From positions 1-35,697 of the forward strand of contig JAIUMT010000001.1 in NCBI GenBank assembly GCA_022565415.1: a stretch of DNA of 35,697 nucleotides, read 5' to 3'. The translations under genes and the position numbers were made by a program. Shown one piece after another: positions 15,651 to 25,247 of the stretch. Below the pieces are notes generated by a model. That model had not been told where the DNA came from and made no database searches. It saw only the letters and a program-made list of their open reading frames with translations. The DNA comes from Balneolales bacterium. Its GTDB lineage: Bacteria > Bacteroidota > Rhodothermia > Balneolales > HLUCCA01. Numbering within the stretch: position 1 is the stretch's first letter; every line of letters begins with the position of its first letter.

Positions 15651-16238
15651 TCAGTAGATAAATCCGTCGTCAGAATGTTCGTTTTCGTCCAGATACCCAC
15701 TGTCATCAATAAACTGTGAGTCGGCCAGCGGTTCTGGCGTCCAGTTATTGGCGGGGTTTAACGTTTCTGCCGGTGCAAGCCGAACTGTATTTGCAGTAGG
15801 CAAGTACCCAGCCGGTGAATTCATGGCGTCAGCAAGCTGGCCACTCATGGGTAAGAATGACAGGTTTGGCATTACTGTGCGTACACCAGCGCTCACGCCA
15901 GCTGCACCCGCGCCAATACCGATATACTTCACCAGGTTGGATTTGCCCATGCCGGTGAGTGCTACACCCGCTGCCAGGGGAATACCCACAGCTGCAATTT
16001 TTTGAATGCTAGATGGAATAAATCCACTTGCAAGTCGGGTGATTTGTGTTGCTGCTACCATCCCGCCTAGGATTCCGGCTGCTGGTATAAGAAGGTCTTT
16101 CGTACGCTTCGTGACAGACGGATTACGGCGGGTGGTTCGACGTTTCGTTGTTCGTTTCATTGTTTTTTTCTGTTTTGGTTCGTGCGGATTGGTAAGAATG
16201 GCCAATTCCGCAACCGGATTTTTTGCGTAAGCGATCAT
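15651..16238 (-). CDS. Membrane protein with Arg/Lys-rich N-terminus, glycine-zipper TM region and acidic C-terminus (195 aa)
   Basis: KKTMKRTTKRRTTRRNPSVTKRTKD, then AAGILGGMVAA / GIGAGAAGVSAG, then ...DDSGYLDENEHSDDGFIY. AGGTGA Shine-Dalgarno. Confidence 0.6.
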   Translation of the reverse strand: MIAYAKNPVAELAILTNPHEPKQKKTMKRTTKRRTTRRNPSVTKRTKDLLIPAAGILGGMVAATQITRLASGFIPSSIQKIAAVGIPLAAGVALTGMGKSNLVKYIGIGAGAAGVSAGVRTVMPNLSFLPMSGQLADAMNSPAGYLPTANTVRLAPAETLNPANNWTPEPLADSQFIDDSGYLDENEHSDDGFIY

Positions 16239-16264
16239 TGTGAATCACCTGTTATTGTGTGTGG

Positions 16265-16281
16265 TACGCGGTAACCGCGTA
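16265..16281. repeat. Palindrome TACGCGGT-A-ACCGCGTA between the 2056-aa gene and the next gene
   Basis: Read directly (8-bp arms around one central base). Confidence 0.6.
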
Positions 16282-16301
16282 ACCCATCGTCGTACGTTCT
16301 G

Positions 16302-19300
16302 TTAGTTGAGTATGCCACGGCCATCTATCATTAGGTTGTCGATTACCAGGACATCATCGAGTTGATAGACTGGTCGTTTGTGTGCGTCGAAATCGTGCAC
16401 GTAGTAATTCACTTTGTTTTTCTGGTCTCCGGGTTGCATGATTTTATCTGAGGAGTACCAAATTTTGTGCGCATACCCGATGTTTTTCATCTGCGTGTCG
16501 GGTAGATCAACCTGATAATCATTCCCGTCGGCAGGGTAGTGCTTGAATTCTTCGTGCATTCGTTGTGCAGCAGGAGCGTGTACTGTTTTTTGTGCAGGAC
16601 GCACGCGGTTAGCTGGAACAATAAAGAGTTTGGATCCTTTTGCGTCGCTGAACATGTAATCACGGCCACTAAAGGCAGCGTTATCCGTGTGGAATTTGAC
16701 TGCTCTGCCCAGGTATGCCAGTTGCAGATTACCACCGGGATTTTTGCGAACACCCGATTTAAGCATTCCGGAAGAAACCCCCAGTTTGAAAGTTTGCTCT
16801 GCCCAACTCTTGCGGGACATGAATACAGAGCGGGTTTCAGCCATGAACCGATCGTCAAAGTACTGGCCAATTGCCGGGTCTGTAGCGGTTACTCGATCAG
16901 CTTTATCCAGTAAGGCTAAAACGGCCATAGCTGCCTCCGCTACTTCAAACTTTGTCTGCTCTTCGCGGGATTCAAAAGTTTTTACGCGCTGGCCATACAT
17001 TTCATATTTGTCAATGCGCGTTTTCCGGTTGACCGGATAGCTATTGAAGAAGCGTTCGACGAAATCAAAGAGTTTCTTTTCCAAAGCTTTGTAGTCGGTA
17101 TCGCTGCCATAATAAACCCGATCAAACAGGCGTCCAACGGCATACATCATCTGGCCGTCGCGTTGGTGGGAAATCGCAAGATTCCCCAGGGAAATACCGC
17201 TGTACCTGTAATCAAGATTAATCCCGCTTTCGTAGCCACCATCTTTCTTAGTAACATAGCCACTAGTCCACCCTCTAGGCGACAGATCATTCACCAGGCT
17301 TTTGAGCGTGCGTTGTCCATCGGCAGATACCGGTGGAAGCGACTCAATATTAGCGTATGCGTAGGTTGCTTGGCCACGGCTGTACTCGTCACGTTCTTGT
17401 TTTAATGCGACGATATTGGCCTTAAACGATTGATAATCGTCCGATAAATTGTTGTACATGGATACCGCGCGTTTAAGATCCCGCGATATCTCCAGGGCTT
17501 TTTGCTTCTCAGCATCATCAAGCAGCGCCATCATAATAGTCTCGTAATCCCATCCGCCACTTTCGGTGTCCTCAGACTCCATTTCAGTATCTTTGCCATA
17601 CCACAGCTCACGGATCCAGTTGGATTTTTTGTTGAGCAATGTGTAACGGTAGGCATCCAGTGACTTGCGAAGCAGATAGTAATGAATACGAACTTCTGCG
17701 TTTACGTTGCCTTGACGAACTCCACGGCCATTGCGCTGTGTGAGTTCGCTTGGTTTCCACGGCACGTCTAAGTGATGGATGTCGGTGCAGAACTTGTTTA
17801 GATCCATACCTTCACCCATAGAGGAAGTGTTCCCAATAATGACGCGAATTTCTCCGGCATTGAAGCGCTGCTGAATCTTGATCTTTTGCTCTGGTTTGGA
17901 GTTTTCTCCACCATTAATAATTGCTATCTCGTTTTTGGGAATACCCATTTCCACAAGAGTGTCACGAAGCAACCGGTGGTAGTTACGTCCTTTGGTGGTC
18001 GTAATAGGGTCGCAGAATATGAGCTGGCCATTTTTTGCGCCATCGGTAATACTACCGTCCTTGCCCTCAACATCGCGGGATTTCTTCCAGTAGTTGTCAA
18101 CCAGCGTTTTACACATCACACCGGCCTTGCTGTCCGGCTCGATTTTTCCCGTGTCCAGCACGATATCAGCGCTATCCCCCGGAGTGGGAATGTTTTCAAG
18201 TACATAAAATGCCGGGTCCACAGCAGCGCGTGATCCGGATCCAGCAACAAACAGATAGTTGTCTCGTGAATCTTCGCCCGTTCGCTTGTTTGGGATCATT
18301 AACGGCTTATCCGACTTAATCGCATCGACACGATCATTCAGATTCGTGATAATAGCCTGGTCACGTAATCCGGGTTCTAAATACTCCGGATTGTACTTCG
18401 CTACCGGGAGAATCCGGCGCACTTCCGGGAAATCAGAAGTATCAATAAACTCAACGTAACGGTTGAAAATACCGCGTAGAGTGTCCAGATTCTTATATCC
18501 GGTTACGACTAGTTTATCCTTGAAGTTCCCCAGCATATCGGCAGTTTGAACGCTTTCCACACGTGCATACTGATTGATAAAGCTATCCACATCATCAAGT
18601 TTGAGTTGCTCGATGTAATGCGGTGCAATCGCGGAAAGAAGAATGTAAGCCTCAAGTGGCGTGTTATTCGTTGGTGTAGCGGTAAGCAAAAACACATTAC
18701 GATTGCCCATTGCCTGATTGATGTAGTGGAATTTGGCAAAGGCTTCTTCAGCTCTATCTGAGCTCGTACCAACACCAATACCTAACTCCACGGCCATACC
18801 GGACAGGAACAGATTCTTGAAATTATGAGCTTCATCAACGATTAGTGCATCGACGCCTAGTTCATCAAAGTAGATAGAGTTCAACTTTGTAGATTCGAGA
18901 GCAACAGATACTTTCTGCTCCATGTTCATCAGTGAGACGAACATTTTTTTGAGAATCTTTTGTAATGGGTTTTTGAGCGTTACTTTCTTTCCGGATGCGG
19001 ATGCTTGCACTGCTGCTAACTCGGAATCGGTAATCTGAGCGCTAATCTTGTCTATTTCTGAGCGTATCTTCTGCAGGCGTAGGTTTTGATATTCTTCAAC
19101 CAACTCAGGTGAATTCGGGATAGCCTTAAAGCCTTCATGCGTTACGAAAATGGCGTCATAGTCATTTTGCTGAGCCATCGACAACATGAGTTCTTTGTTC
19201 TTCCTGTCGGTTTTCAGGTTCAGAACGTTCGCACCAGGGAAAGCATGTTGATATTCGTCAATCCATTTCTCGACTACCTTGCTGGGCACAACAAACATGG

Positions 19301-22300
19301 GCTTATTGGCCATACCACGTTCTTTCATCAGGCCAGCCAGCAGAATAGCGGACAATGTTTTTCCGGCACCAACACCATGCGCATTGACAGCAGCGCCAAC
19401 AAGTAGCGCCTTTTCAATCCACTTCTTTTGATGATCGCGCGGTGCGAATGGCTGACCATTTGTCCATACACTTCCCATATTTGCACACGAGAACGTCTCA
19501 CCAGTATAATTCGGCTCAATGGTCACGTTGTACGTATCGTTCCAGGCGTCAACAGCTTGCTGTCGAATTTCATCATCGGCTATTTCAACAATCCACTCGG
19601 TGAACCGCTTTGGAATAAGCCGTCTCATTTTGTTGTTGTTGAGAACCTGGTCTTCCTGTGCTTTCTGCTTTAACTGGTCGTCTGCTTCGGCTGGAACACG
19701 TTGTTTTGGGTAATCGGTGCCATTTAGGTAATATTCGATAATGGATGCATAATCACCTTTCCAACCCCATCCAGACATTTGTGCCAGACTCGTATTGTAC
19801 CGCGGGATTGCCCAGGCGCGACGTGTACCTCCCAACTCACCACCGGTGGCATACTTCACGTACGCTTTGGCCACTTCAACAGGCATATACGTATTCACAT
19901 CAGCTAAATCGAAGTTGATTTGCGAGGCGGTTTTGCGTGTCGGCATCATTTCGGTAATGGCCGTGATGTTTTTAGCAATCCCTGCTTGTTTGGCTAGATC
20001 CAGTTTCTCTTTGAGATTTCCAGAAATGTATTCCGGACGAATCAGGTAGGTGCCTGAAGACGGGTCAAGGAATGCCGACGGGTCACGCTCGGCCATTTCC
20101 TTGATTTTACCCGCGGAGAAGCCCGTAATTTTGGTAAGCACGTCAATGTCGCTACGCAGTCCGGTTTGACGGCAATACAGAATGATTTCAGAAAGTTTGT
20201 CTGTGCGTAGTTTTGGCGCAAATTCTGCGTTAAAAATGGTGTCACGCTCGACGATATCGCTGAATGTTATGGATCCTTTGCCACCAGGTCGTGCGACCGT
20301 ACGAAGCTGATTATAGTCCGGAGATTGGCCGAAATACTGTTCAATGATCTTAGATTTGTCAAACCACCCGTATTGCTTTATATGCTCGTTAATCGCCTTT
20401 TTCAGATCAGTACGGATCTCTGCTTTTTGTGATGTGCTGGCCAACTCTTTTTGCGCGGATATGAGCTGTTTTAGAATAAATAGGATAGCATTGGCGGAGG
20501 CAGCTTCGTCTGGGAGTTGTACTTTGTCTGAACTTTTGAGCTGGTCGGGCTGTGGGACTGCTGCCGGAACGCGTTCAAGCGCTTTAAACGGGAAGGTGTT
20601 GAGCACCGATTCGAGTTTATCTTCATCCATTGCACCACGAACAGCGATTTGGCTACCAAACTGACCAGCGCCAATTTCGAGTGTTCCCAGAATGCAGTCC
20701 GGGTTCTTTTTGTACCATGCATTCATGTACACACCAGAGCTTTCTACCTGCTCAGATGTGATGAATATGCGATCTTGATCGGATAGATCACGCTGGGTAT
20801 CGCGCTTTTGGAAAAACATGACATCGGTAGTAACCGTTGTGCTTGCATTGGCTTCAAAAGTCGAAGACGGCAACCGGTAGGCACCTAAGAAATGAGCCAT
20901 TCTGGCCATTGCTTCCCGCGCGGACGCATTTTTTTTATCCATGGTGCCGGTCGAAGAAATCACGGCAATCAATCCACCAGGACGCACCGTTTCCAGCATC
21001 TTCAATATGAAATGATCGTGAATCTTTGGCTTTAAATCGGCAAAGGTATCGTTACGGGAATAGCGGGAGTAATTGCCGAAAGGAGGGTTTCCGATAGCTG
21101 CATTGATGTACTGCTGATGTGCAGCGAAGTCGAAGCTCTTAATGTCAGCCTGTCGGACGTCGTCAGAAGGGTAGAGTGAGCTGGCTATTTGAACGGCTAA
21201 TGTATCGTAATCAAAAGCAAGAATATTCGTGTTATCGGGCTTGGTGCCGATAAAACTACCAACTCCGCATCCGGGTTCCAGTACCCATCCACCGTCAAAG
21301 CCTAAACGTATAAGCGCTGCCCACATGAATCGGGCAAGAGAATACCGGGTGTAATGTTGGTTTAAAACACCAACATCGACGGAAAGGAGTCCGCCTTGAC
21401 CGGTGTATAGCGACAGCGTTTTTAGCTCGTCTTTGGTGTAGGAACTATGTTTTTCTTTGAGAAGTGCAGCAGCTGCACGGTTCAACTCGATACGCTCTTT
21501 TCGAGAGAGCTGAATATCTGGAGTTGTCCTTAGCGAGTAGTTTTCTTTTTGGACGGCTGGCGTAGCAAATGATCGTGCATCATGTCGCTGGCCAGATCCG
21601 CTGGGTCGATCTCGAAGCGGGGCATGTTCGGATACGGATTTTCCTCCGGATTTTGGCGCGGTTCTTTTTTGGCTGCTTCCACTGCCTTGTTCGCGGTCTT
21701 GTGAAACTGATCGTAAAGTGGTTTGAGGTCTTCTTTTGCCATATATCTCCTGAAAATTGAGGTTGATTTCTTGACCTAAGTTAGAAAATTCTAGCTCAAT
21801 CGCATCTTTAAATTCATCTTTGATTTTTCCCGCTGCTATTGCTTTTGCATAGAGCGCTACCAGCGCGTCAAAACGTTGTTCACGTTGAGCTTGAAGGGAA
21901 GGGGCTGCTGCCTGGTTGTTACGATAGCTAGACTGTTCAACTTCACGATCGATCATAACTTGTTCGGAATAAAATGCGATAATTTCACTTCCTTCGATAT
22001 TGTTAGAATCCTGGGCAATTATGCCATCATAGCCTAGCTCTCGAAGTGCTGCGTTTATCACCTGAAAATCATTTTGTAAGACTTCGTTATAATCAAGGTC
22101 AATTTGACTTTCATCATCGTTTAGATATCCCTGACGTCGAAGTTGTCTGTCGATTTCCTTCTTAATTGCTATACGCCACGCTTTTGTGGCCCGAATTTTA
22201 CCTTCAATATTATGCAAGTCTTTCTCATAGACAGGCTTCTTAATTGAGGCATATACTTGTAGTACCTTATCCCCAAATTCTGAGGCATTTTCAGGGTTAT

Positions 22301-22472
22301 CGGTCAAATATATACCAGTACCCCAACCTGGTGCATCACCAACTACGAATTTGTCGAATCTTCTGTTTGTACCGTGATATAGCTTCAGCGGGTTGCCGTT
22401 TTTATCGACTACCTTGCTGCCCTTAAACCACTGTGAAAAGCGGGTTGCACTATGTGTTTTTACTCCAGTCAT
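16302..22472 (-). CDS. Polyvalent giant protein (2056 aa): N-terminal ART-like domain + N6-adenine DNA methyltransferase + SNF2/DEAD-like helicase + about 430-aa unknown C-terminal region
   Basis: N-terminus is FSQWFKGSKVVDKNGNPLKLYHGT...GIYLT...ASEFG. MTase motif I is EPGCGVGSFIG and motif IV is GNPPFGN. Helicase Walker A is GVGAGKT, DEAH box is IVDEAHNFKN, motif III is LLTATP and motif VI is QRNGRGVRQGN. Confidence 0.9.
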   Translation of the reverse strand: MTGVKTHSATRFSQWFKGSKVVDKNGNPLKLYHGTNRRFDKFVVGDAPGWGTGIYLTDNPENASEFGDKVLQVYASIKKPVYEKDLHNIEGKIRATKAWRIAIKKEIDRQLRRQGYLNDDESQIDLDYNEVLQNDFQVINAALRELGYDGIIAQDSNNIEGSEIIAFYSEQVMIDREVEQSSYRNNQAAAPSLQAQREQRFDALVALYAKAIAAGKIKDEFKDAIELEFSNLGQEINLNFQEIYGKRRPQTTLRSVSQDREQGSGSSQKRTAPKSGGKSVSEHAPLRDRPSGSGQRHDARSFATPAVQKENYSLRTTPDIQLSRKERIELNRAAAALLKEKHSSYTKDELKTLSLYTGQGGLLSVDVGVLNQHYTRYSLARFMWAALIRLGFDGGWVLEPGCGVGSFIGTKPDNTNILAFDYDTLAVQIASSLYPSDDVRQADIKSFDFAAHQQYINAAIGNPPFGNYSRYSRNDTFADLKPKIHDHFILKMLETVRPGGLIAVISSTGTMDKKNASAREAMARMAHFLGAYRLPSSTFEANASTTVTTDVMFFQKRDTQRDLSDQDRIFITSEQVESSGVYMNAWYKKNPDCILGTLEIGAGQFGSQIAVRGAMDEDKLESVLNTFPFKALERVPAAVPQPDQLKSSDKVQLPDEAASANAILFILKQLISAQKELASTSQKAEIRTDLKKAINEHIKQYGWFDKSKIIEQYFGQSPDYNQLRTVARPGGKGSITFSDIVERDTIFNAEFAPKLRTDKLSEIILYCRQTGLRSDIDVLTKITGFSAGKIKEMAERDPSAFLDPSSGTYLIRPEYISGNLKEKLDLAKQAGIAKNITAITEMMPTRKTASQINFDLADVNTYMPVEVAKAYVKYATGGELGGTRRAWAIPRYNTSLAQMSGWGWKGDYASIIEYYLNGTDYPKQRVPAEADDQLKQKAQEDQVLNNNKMRRLIPKRFTEWIVEIADDEIRQQAVDAWNDTYNVTIEPNYTGETFSCANMGSVWTNGQPFAPRDHQKKWIEKALLVGAAVNAHGVGAGKTLSAILLAGLMKERGMANKPMFVVPSKVVEKWIDEYQHAFPGANVLNLKTDRKNKELMLSMAQQNDYDAIFVTHEGFKAIPNSPELVEEYQNLRLQKIRSEIDKISAQITDSELAAVQASASGKKVTLKNPLQKILKKMFVSLMNMEQKVSVALESTKLNSIYFDELGVDALIVDEAHNFKNLFLSGMAVELGIGVGTSSDRAEEAFAKFHYINQAMGNRNVFLLTATPTNNTPLEAYILLSAIAPHYIEQLKLDDVDSFINQYARVESVQTADMLGNFKDKLVVTGYKNLDTLRGIFNRYVEFIDTSDFPEVRRILPVAKYNPEYLEPGLRDQAIITNLNDRVDAIKSDKPLMIPNKRTGEDSRDNYLFVAGSGSRAAVDPAFYVLENIPTPGDSADIVLDTGKIEPDSKAGVMCKTLVDNYWKKSRDVEGKDGSITDGAKNGQLIFCDPITTTKGRNYHRLLRDTLVEMGIPKNEIAIINGGENSKPEQKIKIQQRFNAGEIRVIIGNTSSMGEGMDLNKFCTDIHHLDVPWKPSELTQRNGRGVRQGNVNAEVRIHYYLLRKSLDAYRYTLLNKKSNWIRELWYGKDTEMESEDTESGGWDYETIMMALLDDAEKQKALEISRDLKRAVSMYNNLSDDYQSFKANIVALKQERDEYSRGQATYAYANIESLPPVSADGQRTLKSLVNDLSPRGWTSGYVTKKDGGYESGINLDYRYSGISLGNLAISHQRDGQMMYAVGRLFDRVYYGSDTDYKALEKKLFDFVERFFNSYPVNRKTRIDKYEMYGQRVKTFESREEQTKFEVAEAAMAVLALLDKADRVTATDPAIGQYFDDRFMAETRSVFMSRKSWAEQTFKLGVSSGMLKSGVRKNPGGNLQLAYLGRAVKFHTDNAAFSGRDYMFSDAKGSKLFIVPANRVRPAQKTVHAPAAQRMHEEFKHYPADGNDYQVDLPDTQMKNIGYAHKIWYSSDKIMQPGDQKNKVNYYVHDFDAHKRPVYQLDDVLVIDNLMIDGRGILN

Positions 22473-22473
22473 G

Positions 22474-23850
22474 TTAAGCGATTGCTTGAGATAAAAGGGT
22501 TTCCAACCTGTCCATGCGGGAATCGAATGTTTCTTTTTGCTTCGATTTTGGGCGTATTTTGCGCGGTTTTACGGTTCGCTTTGGTGCAGCATCTTTTAGC
22601 GTGTTGAACCGATCGTTGGCTTTGTCGCCATTGATATGCTCAAAGATAGGTTTGCCGTCCTGTCTGATTTGGTAGTTTCCACCGGTGTAAATAAGGTCGA
22701 TTTCACTTCCGGATTTCGTTTTGCTCGATCGCAACACGCTGCCATCTTTAATCTCTGCTTTTCGTGCATCTTCGACTTTAACAGTTGGTCTTGACTGTGT
22801 AGCTGGTTTGGTTTTCGTCGCTGGGGTGCTGGCCTTAACCGTTTTAGGTTTAGATACAGTCTTATCCCCTTTTTTGGCGTATTCCTTTTCTTGGCGACGA
22901 TATTCTTGAGCACCCAACACTTTGCGTGCATGTGCTTGATTTATGATTTCAATAACGGTAGAACCTGTTTCGGTGGACATCTTTTTCCAGGCCGACACAA
23001 AGGTGTCCGCGCAATGGGTATGAATTACCTTACCAGATTGAAGCATTTCCAAATACGATTTCTTGTTTTGACGCTTGTATCGGAAGGAAACCGGATTGCG
23101 ATCGACCGTACAGCTGTGCGCAAAGTCCACCATGTCGTTGAGGCGTTTAATCCCGCGGATTTTATGTCGCTTGGCTATGTCTGATAGTGGGATTTTGAAC
23201 GGTACGGGTACCGGGTTTTGGCGGGGTGATGCTTGTTTCTTTCGATCGCTGGTCTTGGATTTGCGTTGATCGAAATTTATTGGCATCTCCTGAGCATCGT
23301 GTGGTAGTCGATTTTTCTCTACATAGACAACACCATCGGCAACGCGTAACTCCACATCAACCATGTGTGCCAGCATGGATGAACCTTTAAACTTCCCGTC
23401 TTTGGTGGCATGGTTAACGACAATGAAGAAAATATCCTCTTGCTTACACCACTCATACAAATCAATTTGTTCTTTTTCGCGCAGATGCGCCATGTGCGCA
23501 GAATCTAACACCAGCACTTTAGCCTTGTGTTTAATCACGTCCTGCTTGAGGTGGTGTAATCCCAGATAGTCGCCAACAAGAAGATCTTTCACCCCGGCAC
23601 GCATCCGTTCGATTTTATCTTTCATGGTAGCGCCAGCACCTTCTTCACTCGAGCAGTACAGCACGGTTCCACGACGCTCCGATAGTCCTTTGGCCAACAT
23701 GATTGAAACCGTCGATTTTCCAGAGAATTTTACACCCCATATAAATACAGACGTATTGCTTTGGGCACGACCAATAATCTTCTCGAAGCCTGGAATATAG
23801 AATCCCGGGAAGTTTGTTTTTACCAGATCGGATGCGCGAACGACACTCAT
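22474..23850 (-). CDS. RecA/RadA(Sms)-like P-loop ATPase with long lysine-rich C-terminal region (458 aa)
   Basis: Walker A is WGVKFSGKST and Walker B is KVLVLDS. NHATKDGKFKGSSMLAHMVDVEL...EKNR parallels RadA (HVTKEG.IAGP..LEHMVD...KNRFG). The C-terminal half is rich in K/P/T (KPKTVKASTPATKTKPATQ, KRTVKPRKIRPKSKQKE). Confidence 0.6.
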   Translation of the reverse strand: MSVVRASDLVKTNFPGFYIPGFEKIIGRAQSNTSVFIWGVKFSGKSTVSIMLAKGLSERRGTVLYCSSEEGAGATMKDKIERMRAGVKDLLVGDYLGLHHLKQDVIKHKAKVLVLDSAHMAHLREKEQIDLYEWCKQEDIFFIVVNHATKDGKFKGSSMLAHMVDVELRVADGVVYVEKNRLPHDAQEMPINFDQRKSKTSDRKKQASPRQNPVPVPFKIPLSDIAKRHKIRGIKRLNDMVDFAHSCTVDRNPVSFRYKRQNKKSYLEMLQSGKVIHTHCADTFVSAWKKMSTETGSTVIEIINQAHARKVLGAQEYRRQEKEYAKKGDKTVSKPKTVKASTPATKTKPATQSRPTVKVEDARKAEIKDGSVLRSSKTKSGSEIDLIYTGGNYQIRQDGKPIFEHINGDKANDRFNTLKDAAPKRTVKPRKIRPKSKQKETFDSRMDRLETLLSQAIA

Positions 23851-24203
23851 TAGAATCTCCTCAGAATGATACCCGATACTAGGCCGCCAATAGCAATACC
23901 TAACGCAACGGGTGCGACTTGTTTTAATAATGATTTCGGCCCACTTTCACCGTCCCCCGATATCAAATCCACTACTTTCTGCGCATCAATGTGTTTGAAG
24001 TACTCATCAACCACACGTGCATTAGCTTGGTAGCTGTTTCGAAGCACTTGCGGATTTGGCGACAGGTCTTTGGCGATTATTGCCTCCGTAACAAAAAAAC
24101 CTCTGCGATCTCTGGTAAGCGAGTCTACACCACGCACAACCGTATCACGCCAATCGTTGATTTCTTCGAATTCAGCTTCTTGTATGTGAGAAAATTGGCT
24201 CAT
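23850..24203 (-). CDS. C-terminally anchored membrane protein (117 aa)
   Basis: Soluble acidic N-terminal domain. The C-terminal anchor is VAPVALGIAIGGLVSGIILRRF followed by the stop. Confidence 0.55.
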   Translation of the reverse strand: MSQFSHIQEAEFEEINDWRDTVVRGVDSLTRDRRGFFVTEAIIAKDLSPNPQVLRNSYQANARVVDEYFKHIDAQKVVDLISGDGESGPKSLLKQVAPVALGIAIGGLVSGIILRRF

Positions 24204-24862
24204 TTAGACAGGGCTTTTTTTAGGTCACGTTGAATTTGTGGCCACAATGGATAGGTGAAATAGATTCCAGCGCCAACTAGCGCCAGAATGGTGATATTTC
24301 GCGTTGTTTTGGCGACGCGTTCCATGGTTCCAGCCGGACCCACAACAGCGTTCGTAAGACGCTCTGATAGAGGTAATGTTGGTAATGTGATAACACCCGC
24401 GTTTACCAGTGCATTTTGACTGGTATCAAAAAGGAAGTCGGATGTTGCTGCAATTGGCTCTGCTTTGCCAGATTCAATGTCTTCTCTGGATGTGCGTTCT
24501 TTGAACACTTCCAGTCGAATCCAGTGATTTTTGTCTGGCCGGAAGGTTGAATCGAAAATGAGTCTAGCAATCCCAGAACAATTGGATAACTGTGAGGTCA
24601 CCACATTAGTAAATGCCCATATTTTGCCAGCATGATCATATCGGCCACGGGCTACCACTACTGCGTCCACGCATCGAACCGGACCACCAATAGCGAACCA
24701 ATTCTCGGGACGAAGCACAGCGAATCCAGCGCGTTCGGTCTGCACCTCAACATCGAGTGCGAACGGTGTTCCCGCGGGTGGAAGACCCGAATCCGGGTAT
24801 CGCTTCGTAATGCGAAGCTGCAAGCCCGTTTGATTAATGACGTCGCTTAAATAGTGGTTCAT
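24200..24862 (-). CDS. C-terminally anchored protein (220 aa) with N-terminal HYLSDV motif
   Basis: MNHYLSDVINQ... The anchor near the C-terminus is NITILALVGAGIYFTYPLW. ATGA overlaps on both sides. Confidence 0.6.
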   Translation of the reverse strand: MNHYLSDVINQTGLQLRITKRYPDSGLPPAGTPFALDVEVQTERAGFAVLRPENWFAIGGPVRCVDAVVVARGRYDHAGKIWAFTNVVTSQLSNCSGIARLIFDSTFRPDKNHWIRLEVFKERTSREDIESGKAEPIAATSDFLFDTSQNALVNAGVITLPTLPLSERLTNAVVGPAGTMERVAKTTRNITILALVGAGIYFTYPLWPQIQRDLKKALSK

Positions 24863-25245
24863 CGTCGTTTCCGTTTGCGTGAGATTAAAGCTACTGCTGC
24901 GCCAACCACCACCGCTCCCCCTACAAAGAGCCAGGTTTTATTGTGTGTGTGCCCTGTGGTGGCAGTGGTGGTTGTGGTCGTAACAGCTACATCGTTGTTT
25001 GTACCGGAATCTACTCGTGTTGGTGGTAGTGGGTTTACCGGAGTCAACACGTTGTCTCTGATACTATCTATGATGGTGCCAATTCGAGAGCTGTGCCCGG
25101 TATTAGAACCAGTATCAGTACCTTGATCTGGTATCAACCCATCATTTCTAGAACCGTTATCTGGTTGAAATGGATCTATGTAGTAGTCTAGTTCGCGCTG
25201 GTGACGAGATTGGCCTACATCGTTTAAATATCCTGATCCACGCAT
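24859..25245 (-). CDS. C-terminally anchored protein (128 aa) with N-terminal GSGYLND motif
   Basis: MRGSGYLNDVGQ..., a T-rich linker (VAVTTTTTTATTG), then the anchor WLFVGGAVVVGAAVALISRKRKRR followed by the stop. Confidence 0.6.
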   Translation of the reverse strand: MRGSGYLNDVGQSRHQRELDYYIDPFQPDNGSRNDGLIPDQGTDTGSNTGHSSRIGTIIDSIRDNVLTPVNPLPPTRVDSGTNNDVAVTTTTTTATTGHTHNKTWLFVGGAVVVGAAVALISRKRKRR

Positions 25246-25247
25246 GA

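Noticed and set aside
16487-22426. About 20 short ORFs (60-127 aa) nested in or antisense to the 2056-aa gene
   Set aside because: The giant frame carries collinear MTase and helicase motifs along its whole length. The nested ORFs have no motifs or RBS and are expected by chance in a 6-kb gene.
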